A stretch of DNA of 64,000 bases, taken from assembly GCA_002269645.1 (NCBI GenBank), contig NIVC01000396.1, positions 124,001 to 188,000 of the forward strand, in the 5' to 3' direction. The stretch comes from Macrostomum lignano. Lineage: Eukaryota. A program made the position numbers and the translations under genes. Below are positions 11,291 to 25,000 of the stretch, in pieces (position 1 is the first letter of the stretch; each line of letters starts with the position of its first letter). The notes under the pieces were generated by a model that made no database searches, was not told the origin of the DNA, and was given only the letters and a program-made list of their open reading frames with translations.

Positions 11291-12585
11291 GAATTTTGTG
11301 TTTTTTAACGTGTTTTAATAAAAAAAACATTTTTCACCACTAAGATTCGAACCAAGGTCGCTACATTAGCATTCCAGTCTGTTTGCATCCGGCTATCTCT
11401 TTTCAATTGGAGAACATGACTTGTGGCCCTTATAATTCAATACTTATAGCAAGTCGGTAAGAGTAAAAAGTTATGACATAATCAATTTCTCAGTCAGCCA
11501 GTATCAGTCTCAATTCAAGTTAGCAATATGGTTACGCAATTTCAATGAAGTCTTGTGTGCGTTTCTGTGGCACTGTTTTCACCTTGTTGTGATGCAATCT
11601 TTATCACAATCGTAATTCAGCCAGTCAGTTTTTTCTCTAGCATTCTTACAATGCATTTCAAGTCAAAAATTTGGCTTGACCTTTGCAAAAAAGCATGTTT
11701 TTCGAATATTTAATCCCTTTAACATTGAGCAATTTCTTAGCCAAGATACATGTACCGTCCCAGGAACATTTCTGATCGAATGCTGCAAGTTTGAAGAAAA
11801 TCGGTTGAGCCATTTTTTCTGAAATCTATCGCATAGCTAGTTAGTTACAGACATTTCATTTTTAGTATATAGGATGTTAATTTTTTATTCTACGTATATT
11901 TTTCCATATACTAAAAATGGTCTGTCGGTATGTGTGTGTGTGTATGTGTGTGTGTGTGATCGATTTTAGCAAAAACGGCTCAACCGATTTTCTTCGAACT
12001 TGCACTGTTCGATCAGAAATTTTCCCGTGACAGTACATGCATCGTGGCTAAGAAATTGCTTGATGCTAAAGGGATTAAATATTCGAAAAACATGCTTTTT
12101 TGCAAAGGTCAAGCAGCTCTTTCGACTTGAAATGCATCGTAAGAATGCTAGCAGAAAAACTGACTGGTTGAATTCTGATTCTGAAATAGATTGCATCACA
12201 ATACACTTTATTTATCGTCTGTGTACTGGCTGAATTTGACACTCAATTGAATTGCGTCACAGCTTTGAGTGTGAAAGCATAGCGCAGTACTGAATTTATA
12301 TTACGTAACCATATTGTAAACTTTCATAGACACTGGTACTGACTTGCCTAAGAAATTGATTATGTCATAACTGCTTCGTGAGACTTTTTACTCTACCTGA
12401 CTTGGTGTGAGTGTTGAATTATATAAGTGGTACAACATCACTGATAACTTCGATGAGAGCTAGCCTAGAGCTGAACAGACCAGACTGCTAATGCAGCGAC
12501 CTAGGTTCGAATCTAAGTAGTTTAAAAGTAGTAGTGTAAATTTTTTTATTAAAAGGTTTTATTAAAGGACTAAATAAAAACACTT

Positions 12586-15348
12586 AGATTACTGCACTCG
12601 ATAAGCCAAGGATTATTGCTATTAATAAACCAAGGACTACTGCACTCGATAAACCAAGGACTATTGCTCTTGGCAAACCAAGGATTACTGCACTCAAGAA
12701 GCCAAGGATTATTGCTATTAATAAACCAAGGATTACTGCACTTGGAAAACCAAGGATTACTGCACTCGATAAACCAAGGACTATTGCTCTTGGCAAACCA
12801 AGGATTACTGCACTCAGGAAGCCAAGGATTATTGCACTTGGAAAACCAAGGATTACTGCACTCGATAAACCAAGGACTATTGCTCTTGGCAAACCAAGGA
12901 TTACTGCACTCAAGAAGCCAAGGATTATTGCTATTAATAAACCAAGGATTACTGCACTTGGAAAACCAAGGATTACTGCACTCGATAAACCAAGGACTAT
13001 TGCTCTTGGCAAACCAAGGATTACTGCACTCAAGAAGCCAAGGATTATTGCACTTGGAAAACCAAGGATTACTGCACTCGATAAACCAAGGACTATTGCA
13101 CTTGATAAACCAAGGAATATTGCACTTGATAGGCCAAGGATTACTGCACTTGATAAACCAAGGATTATTGCACTTGATAGGCCAAAGATTACTGCGCTTG
13201 ATAAACCAAGGATTATTGCACTTGATAAACCAAGGATTATTGCACTTGATAAGCCAAGGATTACTGCGCTTGATAAACCAAGGATTATTGCACTTGATAA
13301 ACAAAGGATTATTGCACTTGATAAACAAAGGATTATTGCACTTGATAAACCAAGGATTATTGCACTTTATAAGCCAAGGATTATTGCACTTGATAAGCCA
13401 TGGATTATTGCACTTGATAGTAAAGAATGTTGCACTTGATAAGCCAAGGATTAATGCACTGGATTATTCAAGGATTATTGATATTAATAAACCAAGGACT
13501 ACTCCACTCGATAAACCAAGGATTATTGCTCTTAATAAACCAAGGATTACTGCACTTGGAAAACTAAGGATTACTGCACTCGATAAACCAAAGACTATTG
13601 CACTTGATAAACCAAGGATTATTGCACTTGATAGGCCAAGGATTACTGCACTTGATAAACCAAGGATTATTGCACTTGATAGGCCAAAAATTACTGCGCT
13701 TGATAAACCAAGGATTATTGCACTTGATAAACCAAGGATTATTGCACTTGATAAGCCAAGGATTATTGCACTTGATAAACCAATGATTATTGCAGTTGAT
13801 AAGCCAAGGATTATTGCATCTGATAAACCAAAGATTATTGCACTTGATAAACCAAGGATTATTGCACTTGATAAACAAAGGATTATTGCACTTGATAGGC
13901 CAAAGATTACTGCGCTTGATAAACCAAGGATTATTGCACTTGATAAGCCAAGGATTATTGCACTTGATAAACCAAGGATTATTGCAGTTGATAAGCCAAG
14001 GATTATTGCATCTGATAAACCAAGGATTATTGCACTTGATAAACCAAGGATTATTGCACTTGATAAACCAAGGATTATTGCACTTGATAAACCAAGGATT
14101 ATTTCACTTGATAAACCAAGGATTACTGCACTCGATAAGCCAAGGATTATTGCTCTTAATAAACCAAGGATACTGCACTTGGAAAACTAAGGATTACTGC
14201 ACTCGATAAACTAAGGATTATTGCTCTTGGCAAACCAAGGATTATTGCACTTGATAGGCCAAGGATTACTGCACTTGATAAACCAAGGATTATTGCACTT
14301 GATAAACCAAGGATTATTGCACTTGATAAGCCAAGGATTATTGCACTTGATAGGCCAAGGATTACTGCGCTTGATAAACCAAGGATTATTGCACTTGATA
14401 AACCAAGGATTATTGCACTTGATAAGCCAAGGATTATTGCACTTGATAGGCCAAGGATTACTGCGCTTGATAAACCAAGGATTATTGCACTTGATAAACC
14501 AAGGATTATTGCAGTTGATAAGCCAAGGATTATTGCACTTGATAAACCAAGGATTATTACACTTGATAAACCAAGGATTATTGCACTTGATAAACCAAGG
14601 ATTATTGCACTTGATAGGCCAAGGATTACTGCACTTGATAAACCAAGGATTATTGCACTTGATAGGCCAAAGATTACTGCGCTTGATAAACCAAGGATTA
14701 TTGCAGTTGATAAGCCAAGGATTATTGCACTTGATAAACCAAGGATTATTTCACTTGATAAACCAAGGATTATTGCACTTGATAAACAAATATTGCACTT
14801 GATAAACCAAGGATTATTGCACCTGATAAGCCAAGGATTACTGCACTTGATAGGCCAAGGATTACTGCACTTGATAAACCAAGGATTATTGCACTTGATA
14901 GGCCAAAGATTACTGCGCTTGATAAACCAAGGATTATTGCAGTTGATAAGCCAAGGATTATTGCACTTGATAAACCAAGGATTATTTCACTTGATAAACC
15001 AAGGATTATTGCACTTGATAAACAAATATTGCACTTGATAAACCAAGGATTATTGCACCTGATAAGCCAAGGATTACTGCGCTAGATAAACCAAGGATTA
15101 TTGCACTTAATAAACCAAGGATTATTGCACTTAATAAACCAAGGATTATTGCACTTGATAAACCAAGGATTATTGCACTTGATAAACAAAGGATTATTGC
15201 ACTTGATAAACCAAGGATTATTGCACTTTATAAGCCAAAGATTACTGCACTTGATAAACCAAGGATTATTGCACTTGATAAACCAAGGATTATTGCACTT
15301 GATTAATCAAGGATTATTGCTATTAATAAACCAAGGATTATTGCACTA
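12586..15348. repeat. 24-bp minisatellite (AACCAAGGATTATTGCACTTGATA)n inside element B
   Basis: Direct reading; gives spurious 8-aa-repeat ORFs. Confidence 0.95.
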
Positions 15349-15481
15349 GCTGAGAAGCTGATTACTGCGCTGTCTAAAAAAGAGATTATTGCGCTCGCTG
15401 AGACGTGGATTGTTGCACAACCTGAGAAAGCGATTATTGCATTAGCGGAAGTAACATTTGCACTAGCTACTTGCTGTCTCG

Positions 15482-15885
15482 TGGATGCTTGCTCTCGAGG
15501 GGGGATACTTGCTATTTGGGAGAGGGGGTACTGGCTACATGCATGGGATTCTTTCTATCCAGGGATGCTTGCTATTCAGGGATTCTTGCTATCTGCAGGA
15601 TGCTTGCTATTTAGGGATTCTTGCTATCTGCAGGATGCTTGCTATCTGGGTGGATGCTTCTATAATATCTGGGGGGTGCTTGCTATCTGCAGAATGCTTC
15701 TATAATATCTGGGGGTGCTTGCTATCTGCAGAATGCTTCTATAATATCTGGGGGTGCTTGCTATCTGCAGAATGCTTGCTATCTGGGTGGATGCTTCTAT
15801 AATATCTGGGGGGTGCTTGCTAATCTGCAGATGCTTGCTATCTGTGGTGATTCTTGCTATGAGCATTAGAGGATGCTTGCTATCT
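15482..15885. repeat. Degenerate 18-bp minisatellite (GATGCTTGCTATCTGGGG)n inside element B
   Basis: Reverse complement of the unit at 8536-8975. Confidence 0.9.
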
Positions 15886-16164
15886 GCGATTGTTCACTTT
15901 TGGAGGGGGTTGCTTGCTGTCTTGGGAATATTTTCTATTTAGGGAAACGATATTTTGTTGACTGTTTGTTAATTTTAGAGAAAAAGTGATTTTTTAATTT
16001 TGCAAACATCTTAGTCCGTGACAATTTTACACGAATAAGGTGATTTTTAAAATGTGAAGAAGGAATTAGTGTTTAAGAAAATGTGTTTTTTTATTGTTTT
16101 CCATGAACTATTTTTGCTCCTTTCTTATTGGGCGCCCCGAAGGGGGGCCGCACTAGATTGCTTC

Positions 16165-18996
16165 TCCTAATACTAAAGTTGGTGCGATGATTGTTTGTTT
16201 GTTTGTCTGTTTGTTTGTGTGTTGCATAACTCCTCCTAGAATACTTGCAAGTCAGCGTTGAAACTTATATGGGGAAACTGCAAATTTTCCGGGGACTGCA
16301 GTGGGCTATTTCAATTTTTTATTTTCACATTTTAAGATCCCTAAAAAAGCAGAAAACTGATTTCCTAACCTTCTCTGGACACTTTTTCTGCTCGGAGCCG
16401 AAAATTTGCATGATTTTGAGCGATTGCGCCACAACTTTCTCCTATCTCTGTAGTGTATTTTCTCGCCAGTGGGGGTTGGTCGCGTTCTCAGTGGCAGCGT
16501 GTGTACAAGCGGACCCCGGCTGAAAAATTGAACTGTGTGTATTTCGTGGGGTGGTGGGTAAGTAAGCGCAATTATATGGCTATTGTGCTGAGATTCAATT
16601 GGTTTTATTATCAGCGCCTTTCAATTGACTGCCCTGTGCATTGGTTAGACAGTGAAATTCAATGAAGAAACTTGCGGGCCTCTTTAGCAGGCAGTGAACG
16701 TATGAACGTACACTCAATATTGCAATGCTATAAATCGGCAAATTTCAAACTCAGACTGTTGCTGGAGTTTTTAACTTTGAGAGGAGAGACTTATATTGCT
16801 GGAAAGAACTTGCAACGCTGAGTTCGGGGATATAAATTGTTTGCTTTAAATATGAAAACTAAATGCTCTGCATTGGAAAAACTATTTCCATACTTTTAAC
16901 TTCCTGCAAAGATTGTAGGAAGATTTTAGTTGAGGGGTTGAGTTAAATTTAATGATTCCCCGGAACGAGGGGGTTGGGCTTGGACTGAGTGTACATAGCT
17001 GTTGTACAGTGTAAAAAGATAGATAGAACTGTGCCGAGATTCAATTGGTTTTATTATCGGCCCTGTGTATTAGCTGGGCAGTGAAATTCAATGAATAAAC
17101 TTGCGAGCTTCTCTAGCAAGCAGTCAGGAAATCGGTAAATTTCAAACGCTAACTGTTCCTCGAGTTTTAAACTTTGAGAGAAGAAACTTATATTGCTGGA
17201 AAGATCTTGCAACGCTGAGTTCGGGAATATAAGTTGTTTGCTTTAAATATGAAAAGAAAATGCACAGCATTTGAAAAACTATTTCCATACTTTTAACTTT
17301 CTGCAAAAATTGTACTCAGTTTTGCGAGACGTAATAGATAAAGTTGGGGGAGGGTTCAACTTCTCACTGCTGCTGTGTATTGGAGGGTTGATTTAGATTG
17401 CGCAATGTTTTTGTTAACTTTAACTGAGACTGATACTGACTGACTGTGAAATCGGTTGCGCAATGAATTGATTCAATTAGTTCAATATTTTTATCAGTGC
17501 CTTTTAACACGAAGCTGTGCGTAGTTCTAACCCTAAAGCTAACCCTAACCCTAACCAATGAATCCGGAGAGTTGAGTTGTTTGACGGAAAAAATTCGATT
17601 GAGTCCAGTTTAGCGGAGACGATTTCAATGTTTTAATTTTGACGGAGAGAATTTCTGTTTCGTGGAGAGGATTTCGATGGTGTTCAGTTTCACGGAGAGG
17701 ATTTCGATCACGTTCATCTTCACAGTGAGGATTTCTGTTTCGCGGAAATAATTTATGATTGATTTCTGTTTTATCGAGACGATTTTGATGGATTTAAGTT
17801 TCAATGAGAGGATTTCGAAGGAGTCCAGTTTCATGGAGAGGATTTCGATGGTTTTCATTTGAACGGACAGGATTTCTGCTTTGCGGAGAGGATTTTGATG
17901 GATTTTGCATCTTCAGTCAGTCAGAGAAGAGAGTAAAGAGAAGAATGAAAAGAGAAGAGAGATGAGATGATAGAAAACAGAGTAGAAATGAGACGAGAGA
18001 TTAGACATGACAGATGGGAGAAAAGAGGGGAGTAAGGCGGGAACGAAGGAGAGAGAAGAGAAGAGGAGAGAGGAGACGAGAGGGGAGATATGAGATAGCA
18101 GAGGGAGACAAGAGAGATGATAGGAGAGAGAATAGAGATGAGGGATAAGAGCGTACAGAGGTAATAGAAAAGAGGGAGAGTAGAGGAGAAAGAAGGAGTG
18201 AGATGAGGGATGAGAGATGAGAGAGGAGGGGAGAGAGAAGAGAGGAGAAAAGAGGGGAGAAATGAGAGATGCGATGAGAAAAGAGATGAGTGAGAACATA
18301 AGAGAGAAGAGATTAGAGATTAGAGAAGAGAGGGGAGAAGATGAAATGAGAAAGGAGAGGAGAGAAGAGAGAATGGAGAGGATAGAAAAGAGAGAAGAGA
18401 AGAGACAGGGGATAGTGGTAAGGAGGAAAGAAAGATGGGAGACAAGAAAGTAGAGTGTGAGAGCGTATATGAGATATGAGAAATGAGAAGCAGATAGGAG
18501 AGAAAAGAGAAGAGAGAGAGGGTTAAGAGAGACGATAGATAAGTAAGAAGAGATGACATATGAGAGAGGAGAGAAGAGGGAGAGATAAGAGAGAAGAGAG
18601 GAGACAGGAGACAGAAGTGAAGAGGAGAGATATGAGAGAAGAGAGGAGACAGGAGACAGAAGTGAAGAGGAGAGATATGAGAGAAGAGAGGAGACAAGAG
18701 GAGAGGGTACAGACGAAAGACGAGGGAGAAGAGATAAATAAGGGAGTAGGGGTAGAGATGAGATGAGAGAGAGGAGAGAGAAGAGAGTCACGATAACAGC
18801 GAAGAGAGGAGAGAGGAGATATGAGAGACGTGAGAGTCTTTGAGCTATGGTCTTTGAAAGGTTTTGTAAAGAATTTGGAGACGATCTGGAAGATAGGGTT
18901 CAAGACATGGAATTTCAGTTGATAGATATTTCAGCAAATGGTATTCCGGTGATGGGAGTTCTTCCCCTTTCTCCTCCATCGGAGGAGTTGGCCTCG
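16165..18996 (+). mobile_element. Non-autonomous Helitron-like element C (second family)
   Basis: 5' TCCTAATACTAAAGTTGG, (TTTG)n; internal about 300-bp duplication (about 16585 and 17030); AG-rich tract; 3' hairpin CTCCTCCATCGGAGGAG then TTGGCCTCG. Confidence 0.7.
17922..18835. repeat. AG-rich low-complexity tract inside element C
   Basis: Direct reading. Confidence 0.95.
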
Positions 18997-20273
18997 TCCT
19001 AATACTAAAGTTGGTGCGATGATTGTTTGTTTGTTTGTCTGTTTGTTTGTGTGTTGCATAACTCCTCCTAGAATACTTGCAAGTCAGCGTTGAAACTTAT
19101 ATGGGGAAACTGCAAATTTTCCGGGGACTGCAGTGGGCTATTTCAATTTTTTATTTTCACATTTTAAGATCCCTAAAAAAGCAGAAAACTGATTTCCTAA
19201 CCTTCTCTGGACACTTTTTCTGCTCGGAGCCGAAAATTTGCATGATTTTGAGCGATTGCGCCACAACTTTCTCCTATCTCTGTAGTGTATTTTCTCGCCA
19301 GTGGGGGTTGGTCGCGTTCTCAGTGGCAGCGTGTGTACAAGCGGACCCCGGCTGAAAAATTGAACTGTGTGTATTTCGTGGGTGGTGGGTAAGTAAGCGC
19401 AATTATATGGCTATTGTGCTGAGATTCAATTGGTTTTATTATCAGCGCCTTTCAATTGACTGCCCTGTGCATTGGTTAGACAGTGAAATTCAATGAATAA
19501 ACTTGCGGGCCTCTTTAGCAGGCAGTGAACGTATGAACGTACACTCAATATTGCAATGCTATAAATCGGCAAATTTCAAACTCAGACTGTTGCTGGAGTT
19601 TTTAACTTTGAGAGGAGAGACTTATATTGCTGGAAAGATCTTTCAATGCTGATTTCGGGGATATAAATTGTTTGCTTTAAATATGAAAACTAAATGCTCT
19701 GCATTGGAAAAACTATTTCCATACTTTTAACTTTTTGCAAAGATTGTACTCATTTTAGGAGTTCAATGGTGTTCGACTGACCCCCCAACAGTTGGGGGGT
19801 TCAATTTCTAATTGCCACTGCGCATTGGAAGGGGGTCGGTCGCTGTGTATTGGAGGGTTGATTTAGATTGCGCAATATTTTTGTTAACTTTAACTGAGAC
19901 TGATACTGACTGACTTAGAAATACGAGCGTAAATTGCGAAATCTTTTGATTCAAATATCTCATTTTTTATCGGACCTTTTCAACACGCAGCTCTGTGCAG
20001 CTCCAACCCTAACCCTAACCCTAACCACCGAATCCTGAGAGTTTAGTTGTTTGACGGAGAAACTTTCGATTGGGTCCAGTTTCACGTAGAGGATTTTTGT
20101 TTCGCGGAGAGGATTTCGATCGTGTTCAGTTTCACAGAGAGGATTTTGATGGATTTGGAGAACAGTTAGATAATGGGATTCGGGTCTTGGGATTCAGCTG
20201 ATGGAGTTCAGGGAATGGAATTCCGGTGATGGGAGTTCTTCCCCTTTCTCCTCCAGAGGAGGAGTTGGCCTCG
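18997..20273 (+). mobile_element. Non-autonomous Helitron-like element D (shorter copy of C)
   Basis: Starts TCCTAATACTAAAG directly after the end of C; first about 550 bp near-identical to C; ends with hairpin CTCCTCCAGAGGAGGAG plus TTGGCCTCG. Confidence 0.75.
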
Positions 20274-21500
20274 TTAATACTAAAGTTGGTGCGATGTTTG
20301 TCTGTCTGTATGTTGCAATTTTTCTCCAAGACTACTTGCAACTCAGCGTTGAAACTTATATGGGTAAACTGCAAATTTTCTGGGTTGGGTTTATAGCTAT
20401 TTTAATCTTTCATTTTCACATTTTAAGATCCCTAAAAAAGCAGAAATAATATAACAATAGGGAATATGATCCACCTTGCGCAACTCTTAGTGATTGCGCC
20501 ACAACAGCTGGCCTATCTGTGTAGTGTATTCTTTTAGCTGAAGGGGTGTAACTGGGCCAGTTGGCATCAATTTTTAGTGATTACGCCATAACTTTCTCCT
20601 ATCTCGGCAGTGTATTTTCTCTCCAATGGGGGAATGGGGGCGTTCTCAGTGGCTGCGTGTGTACAATCGGACCCTAGCTCACTGGCTGATTGTATAGACA
20701 ATTGCGCAACGATATGTTTTCTGATTTTCAATAGGCAGCCCTGTGTATTTGTTGGACACTGTGTATTTGTTGGACAGTAAAATTCAAGGAATAAACTTGC
20801 GAGCCTCCCACTGCTGCAGGCAGTGAACGTACACTCGATAGTTCAATTCCTTAAAACGGGAAATTTCAAAGCCAAACTGTTCTTCGAGTTTTAAACTTGA
20901 GGAGGAGACTTATATTGCTGGAAAGAGGTTGCAACGCTGAGTTAGGGGATATAAGTTGTTTGCTCTAAATGTGAAAATTAAAAGCACAGCATTCGAAAAG
21001 CAATTTCCATACTTTTAACTTTTTGCAAAGATCGTACTCATTTTCGAGGGTTTAATGAGGGTTTGACAGACCCCCAACAGTGGGGGGGGGGGTTCAATTT
21101 CTAGCTGCGCTGCGTATTCGAAGGGGTTCGGTCGCTGTGTATTGGAGGGTTGATTTAGATTGCGCAATTTTTTGTTAACTTTAACCGAGGCTGATACTGA
21201 CTGCCTGAGAAATAAGTTGCGCAATTTAATTGGTTCGATGTCTTTACGGCGCCTTTCAACACGCAGCTGTGTGTAGCTCTAACCCTAACCCTAACCATAA
21301 CCAATGAATTCTGAGAGCTGGGTTCTGTTTGACGGAGAAATTTTGATTGAGTCCAGTTACACGGAGAGGATTTTCGCGGAGAGGATTTCGATGGTGTTCA
21401 GTCTCACGGAGACGATTTCTGTTTCGCGGAGAGTTCATGGAATGGGATTCCGGTGATGAGAGTTCTTCCCCTTTCTTCTCCGAAGGAGGAGTTGGCCTCG
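20274..21500 (+). mobile_element. Non-autonomous Helitron-like element E (diverged C/D family)
   Basis: Starts TTAATACTAAAGTTGG directly after D; same modules; ends CTTCTCCGAAGGAGGAG TTGGCCTCG at 21500. Confidence 0.7.
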
Positions 21501-22099
21501 TATATACTAAAAATGTGATGTCTATATATATGTGATAGATTAGAGAAAAAATGGCTGGACCGATTTTGTTCGAACTTGCACTGTTCGATCAGAAATTTTC
21601 CCGTGACGGTACATGCATCGTGGCTAAGAAATTGCTCGATGCTAAAGGCATTAAATATTCGAAAAACATGCTTTTTTGCAAAGGTCAAGCAAACTTTTCG
21701 ACTTGAAATGCATTGTAAGAATGCTAGAGAAAAAACTGACTGGTTGATTCTGATTCTGAAATAGATTGCATCATAACTGAATTGTAACTCCGACTTGAAT
21801 TGGAAATGCAGTGTGGAAGCGTAGCACCAGACTTGATTTAAATTGCGTAACCATATTGTTAACTGATACTGACTGACTGAGAAACTGATTATGTCATAAC
21901 TGCTTCGTGTGATTTACTCTATGCTTGGATTTTAAAGTGTTAAATTATATAAGTGCAAAATTTGATGTTATCAAAACGATGAGAGCTAGCCTAGAGGTGA
22001 ACAAACTGAACTGCTAAATGCAGCGACGATGGTTTGAATTTTCATAGAGTATAATTTTTTAATTAAATCTTTTCAACGTCAGGAAAACTAAAAGACTTT

Positions 22100-25000
22100 T
22101 TAAAAAGAAGCGTCATGTAAAAATCGTAGAAGCGTCATGTAAAAAATCATAGAAGCGTCATGTAAACAATCATAGAAGTGTCATGTAAAAAATCATAGAA
22201 GCGTCATATAAAAATCATAGAAGCGTCATTTAAAAAATCATAGAAGCGTCATGTAAACAATCATAGAAGCGTCATGTAAAAATCATAGAAGCGCCATGTA
22301 AAAAATCATAGAAGCGTCATGTAAACAATCATAGAAGCGTCATGTAAACAATCATAGAAGCGTAATGTAAACAATCATAGAAGCGTCATGTAAACAATCA
22401 TAGAAGCGTCATGTAAACAATCATAGAAGCGTCATGTAAACAATCATAGAAGCGTCATGTAAACAATCATAGAAGCGTCATGTAAACAATCATAGAAGCG
22501 TCATGTAAACAATCATAGAAGCGTCATGTAAACAATCATAGAAGCGTCATGTAAACAATCATAGAAGCGTCATGTAAACAATCATAGAAGCGTCATGTAA
22601 AAATCATAGAAGCGTCATGAAAAAATCATAGAAGCGTCATTTAAAAAATCATAGAAGCGTCATGTAAACAATCATAGAAGCGTCATGTAAACAATCATAG
22701 AAGCGTCATTAAAAATCATAGAAGCGTCATGTAAACAATCATAGAAGCGTCATGTAAAAAATCATAGAAGCGTCATGTAAAAAATCATAGAAGCGTCATG
22801 TAAACAATCATAGAAGCGTCATGTAAACAATCATAGAAGCGTCATGTAAACAATCATAGAAGCGTCATGTAAAAATCATAGAAGCGTCATGTAAACAATC
22901 ATAGAAGCGTCATGTAAACAATCATAGAAGCGTCATGTAAACAATCATAGAAGCGTCATGTAAAAAATCATAGAAGCGTCATGTAAACAATCATAGAAGC
23001 GTCATGTAAACAATCATAGAAGCGTCATTAAAAATCATAGAAGCGTCATGTAAACAATCATAGAAGCGTCATGTAAACAATCATAGAAGCGTCATGTAAA
23101 AATCATAGAAGCGTCATGTAAACAATCATAGAAGCGTCATGTAAAAATCATAGAAGCGTCATGTAAAAATCATAGAAGCGTCATGTAAACAATCATAGAA
23201 GCGTCATGTAAACAATCATAGAAGCGTCATGTAAACAATCATAGAAGCGTCATGTAAACAATCATAGAAGCGTCATGTAAACAATCATAGAAGCGTCATG
23301 TAAACAATCATAGAAGCGTCATGTAAACAATCATAGAAGCGTCATGTAAACAATCATAGAAGCGTCATGTAAACAATCATAGAAGCGTCATGTAAACAAT
23401 CATAGAAGCGTCATGTAAACAATCATAGAAGCGTCATGTAAACAATCATAGAAGCGTCATGTAAACAATCATAGAAGCGTCATGTAAAAATCATAGAAGC
23501 GTCATGTAAAAATCATAGAAGCGTCATTAAAAAATCATAGAAGCGTCATGTAAAAATCATAGAAGCGTCATGTAAACAATCATAGAAGCGTCATGTAAAA
23601 ATCATAGAAGCGTCATGTAAACAATCATAGAAGCGTCATGTAAAAATCATAGAAGCGTCATGTAAAAAATCATAGAAGCGTCATGTAAACAATCATAGAA
23701 GCGTCATGTAAACAATCATAGAAGCGTCATGTAAACAATCATAGAAGCGTCATGTAAAAATCATAGAAGCGTCATGTAAACAATCATAGAAGCGTCATGT
23801 AAACAATCATAGAAGCGTCATGTAAACAATCATAGAAGCGTCATGTAAAAATCATAGAAGCGTCATGTAAACAATCATAGAAGCGTCATGTAAACAATCA
23901 TAGAAGCGTCATGTAAAAATCATAGAAGCGTCATGTAAACAATCATAGAAGCGTCATGTAAAAATCATAGAAGCGTCATGTAAACAATCATAGAAGCGTC
24001 ATGTAAACAATCATAGAAGCGTCATGTAAACAATCATAGAAGCGTCATGTAAACAATCATAGAAGCGTCATGTAAACAATCATAGAAGCGTCATGTAAAC
24101 AATCATAGAAGCGTCATGTAAAAAATCATAGAAGCGTCATGTAAAAAATCATAGAAGCGTCATGTAAACAATCATAGAAGCGTCATGTAAACAATCATAG
24201 AAGCGTCATGTAAACAATCATAGAAGCGTCATGTAAACAATCATAGAAGCGTCATGTAAACAATCATAGAAGCGTCATGTAAAAATCATAGAAGCGTCAT
24301 GTAAACAATCATAGAAGCGTCATGTAAACAATCATAGAAGCGTCATGTAAACAATCATAGAAGCGTCATGTAAAAATCATAGAAGCGTCATGTAAACAAT
24401 CATAGAAGCGTCATGTAAACAATCATAGAAGCGTCATGTAAACAATCATAGAAGCGTCATGTAAAAATCATAGAAGCGTCATGTAAAAATCATAGAAGCG
24501 TCATGTAAACAATCATAGAAGCGTCATTTAAAAATCATAGAAGCGTCATGTAAACAATCATAGAAGCGTCATGTAAAAATCATAGAAGCGTCATGTAAAA
24601 ATCATAGAAGCGTCATGTAAACAATCATAGAAGCGTCATGTAAAAATCATAGAAGCGTCATGTAAACAATCATAGAAGCGTCATGTAAACAATCATAGAA
24701 GCGTCATGTAAAAATCATAGAAGCGTCATGTAAACAATCATAGAAGCGTCATGTAAACAATCATAGAAGCGTCATGTAAACAATCATAGAAGCGTCATGT
24801 AAACAATCATAGAAGCGTCATGTAAACAATCATAGAAGCGTCATGTAAACAATCATAGAAGCGTCATGTAAACAATCATAGAAGCGTCATGTAAAAAATC
24901 ATAGAAGCGTCATGTAAAAAATCATAGAAGCGTCATTTAAAAAACCATAGAAGCATCATGTAAACAATCATAGAAGCGCCATGTAAACAATCATAGAAGC

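Larger units (their letters stand above)
8402..11874 (-). mobile_element. Non-autonomous Helitron-like element A (complete)
   Basis: On the - strand: A|TCCTATATACTAAAA at 11874; 3' hairpin GTCCCCCATCGGGGGGC then GAAGATTGCTAG|T at 8402; A|T insertion. An uninterrupted copy of the flanks lies at 27208-27292. Confidence 0.8.
11903..16156 (+). mobile_element. Non-autonomous Helitron-like element B (same family as A and F)
   Basis: 5' TCCATATACTAAAAATG, (TG)n, about 600-bp body matching A and F (AACGGCTCAACCGATTTTCTTCGAACTTGCACTG...), 24-bp and 18-bp arrays, 3' hairpin GCGCCCCGAAGGGGGGC then CTAG at 16153-16156. Confidence 0.7.

Noticed and set aside
12455-12516. Functional tRNA genes here and at 56135-56176
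   Set aside because: Acceptor and D stems do not pair properly and spacing is wrong; better read as SINE/tRNA-derived fragments.
8383-15349. Long repetitive ORFs (for example LGDACY, INQGLLHL/DKPRIIAL, 524 aa)
   Set aside because: They are translations of 18- and 24-bp arrays whose unit length is a multiple of 3; open on both strands, with no unique domains or splice context.
17913-18903. Leu/Ser-rich and Arg/Glu-rich ORFs
   Set aside because: Artefacts of an AG-rich low-complexity tract.
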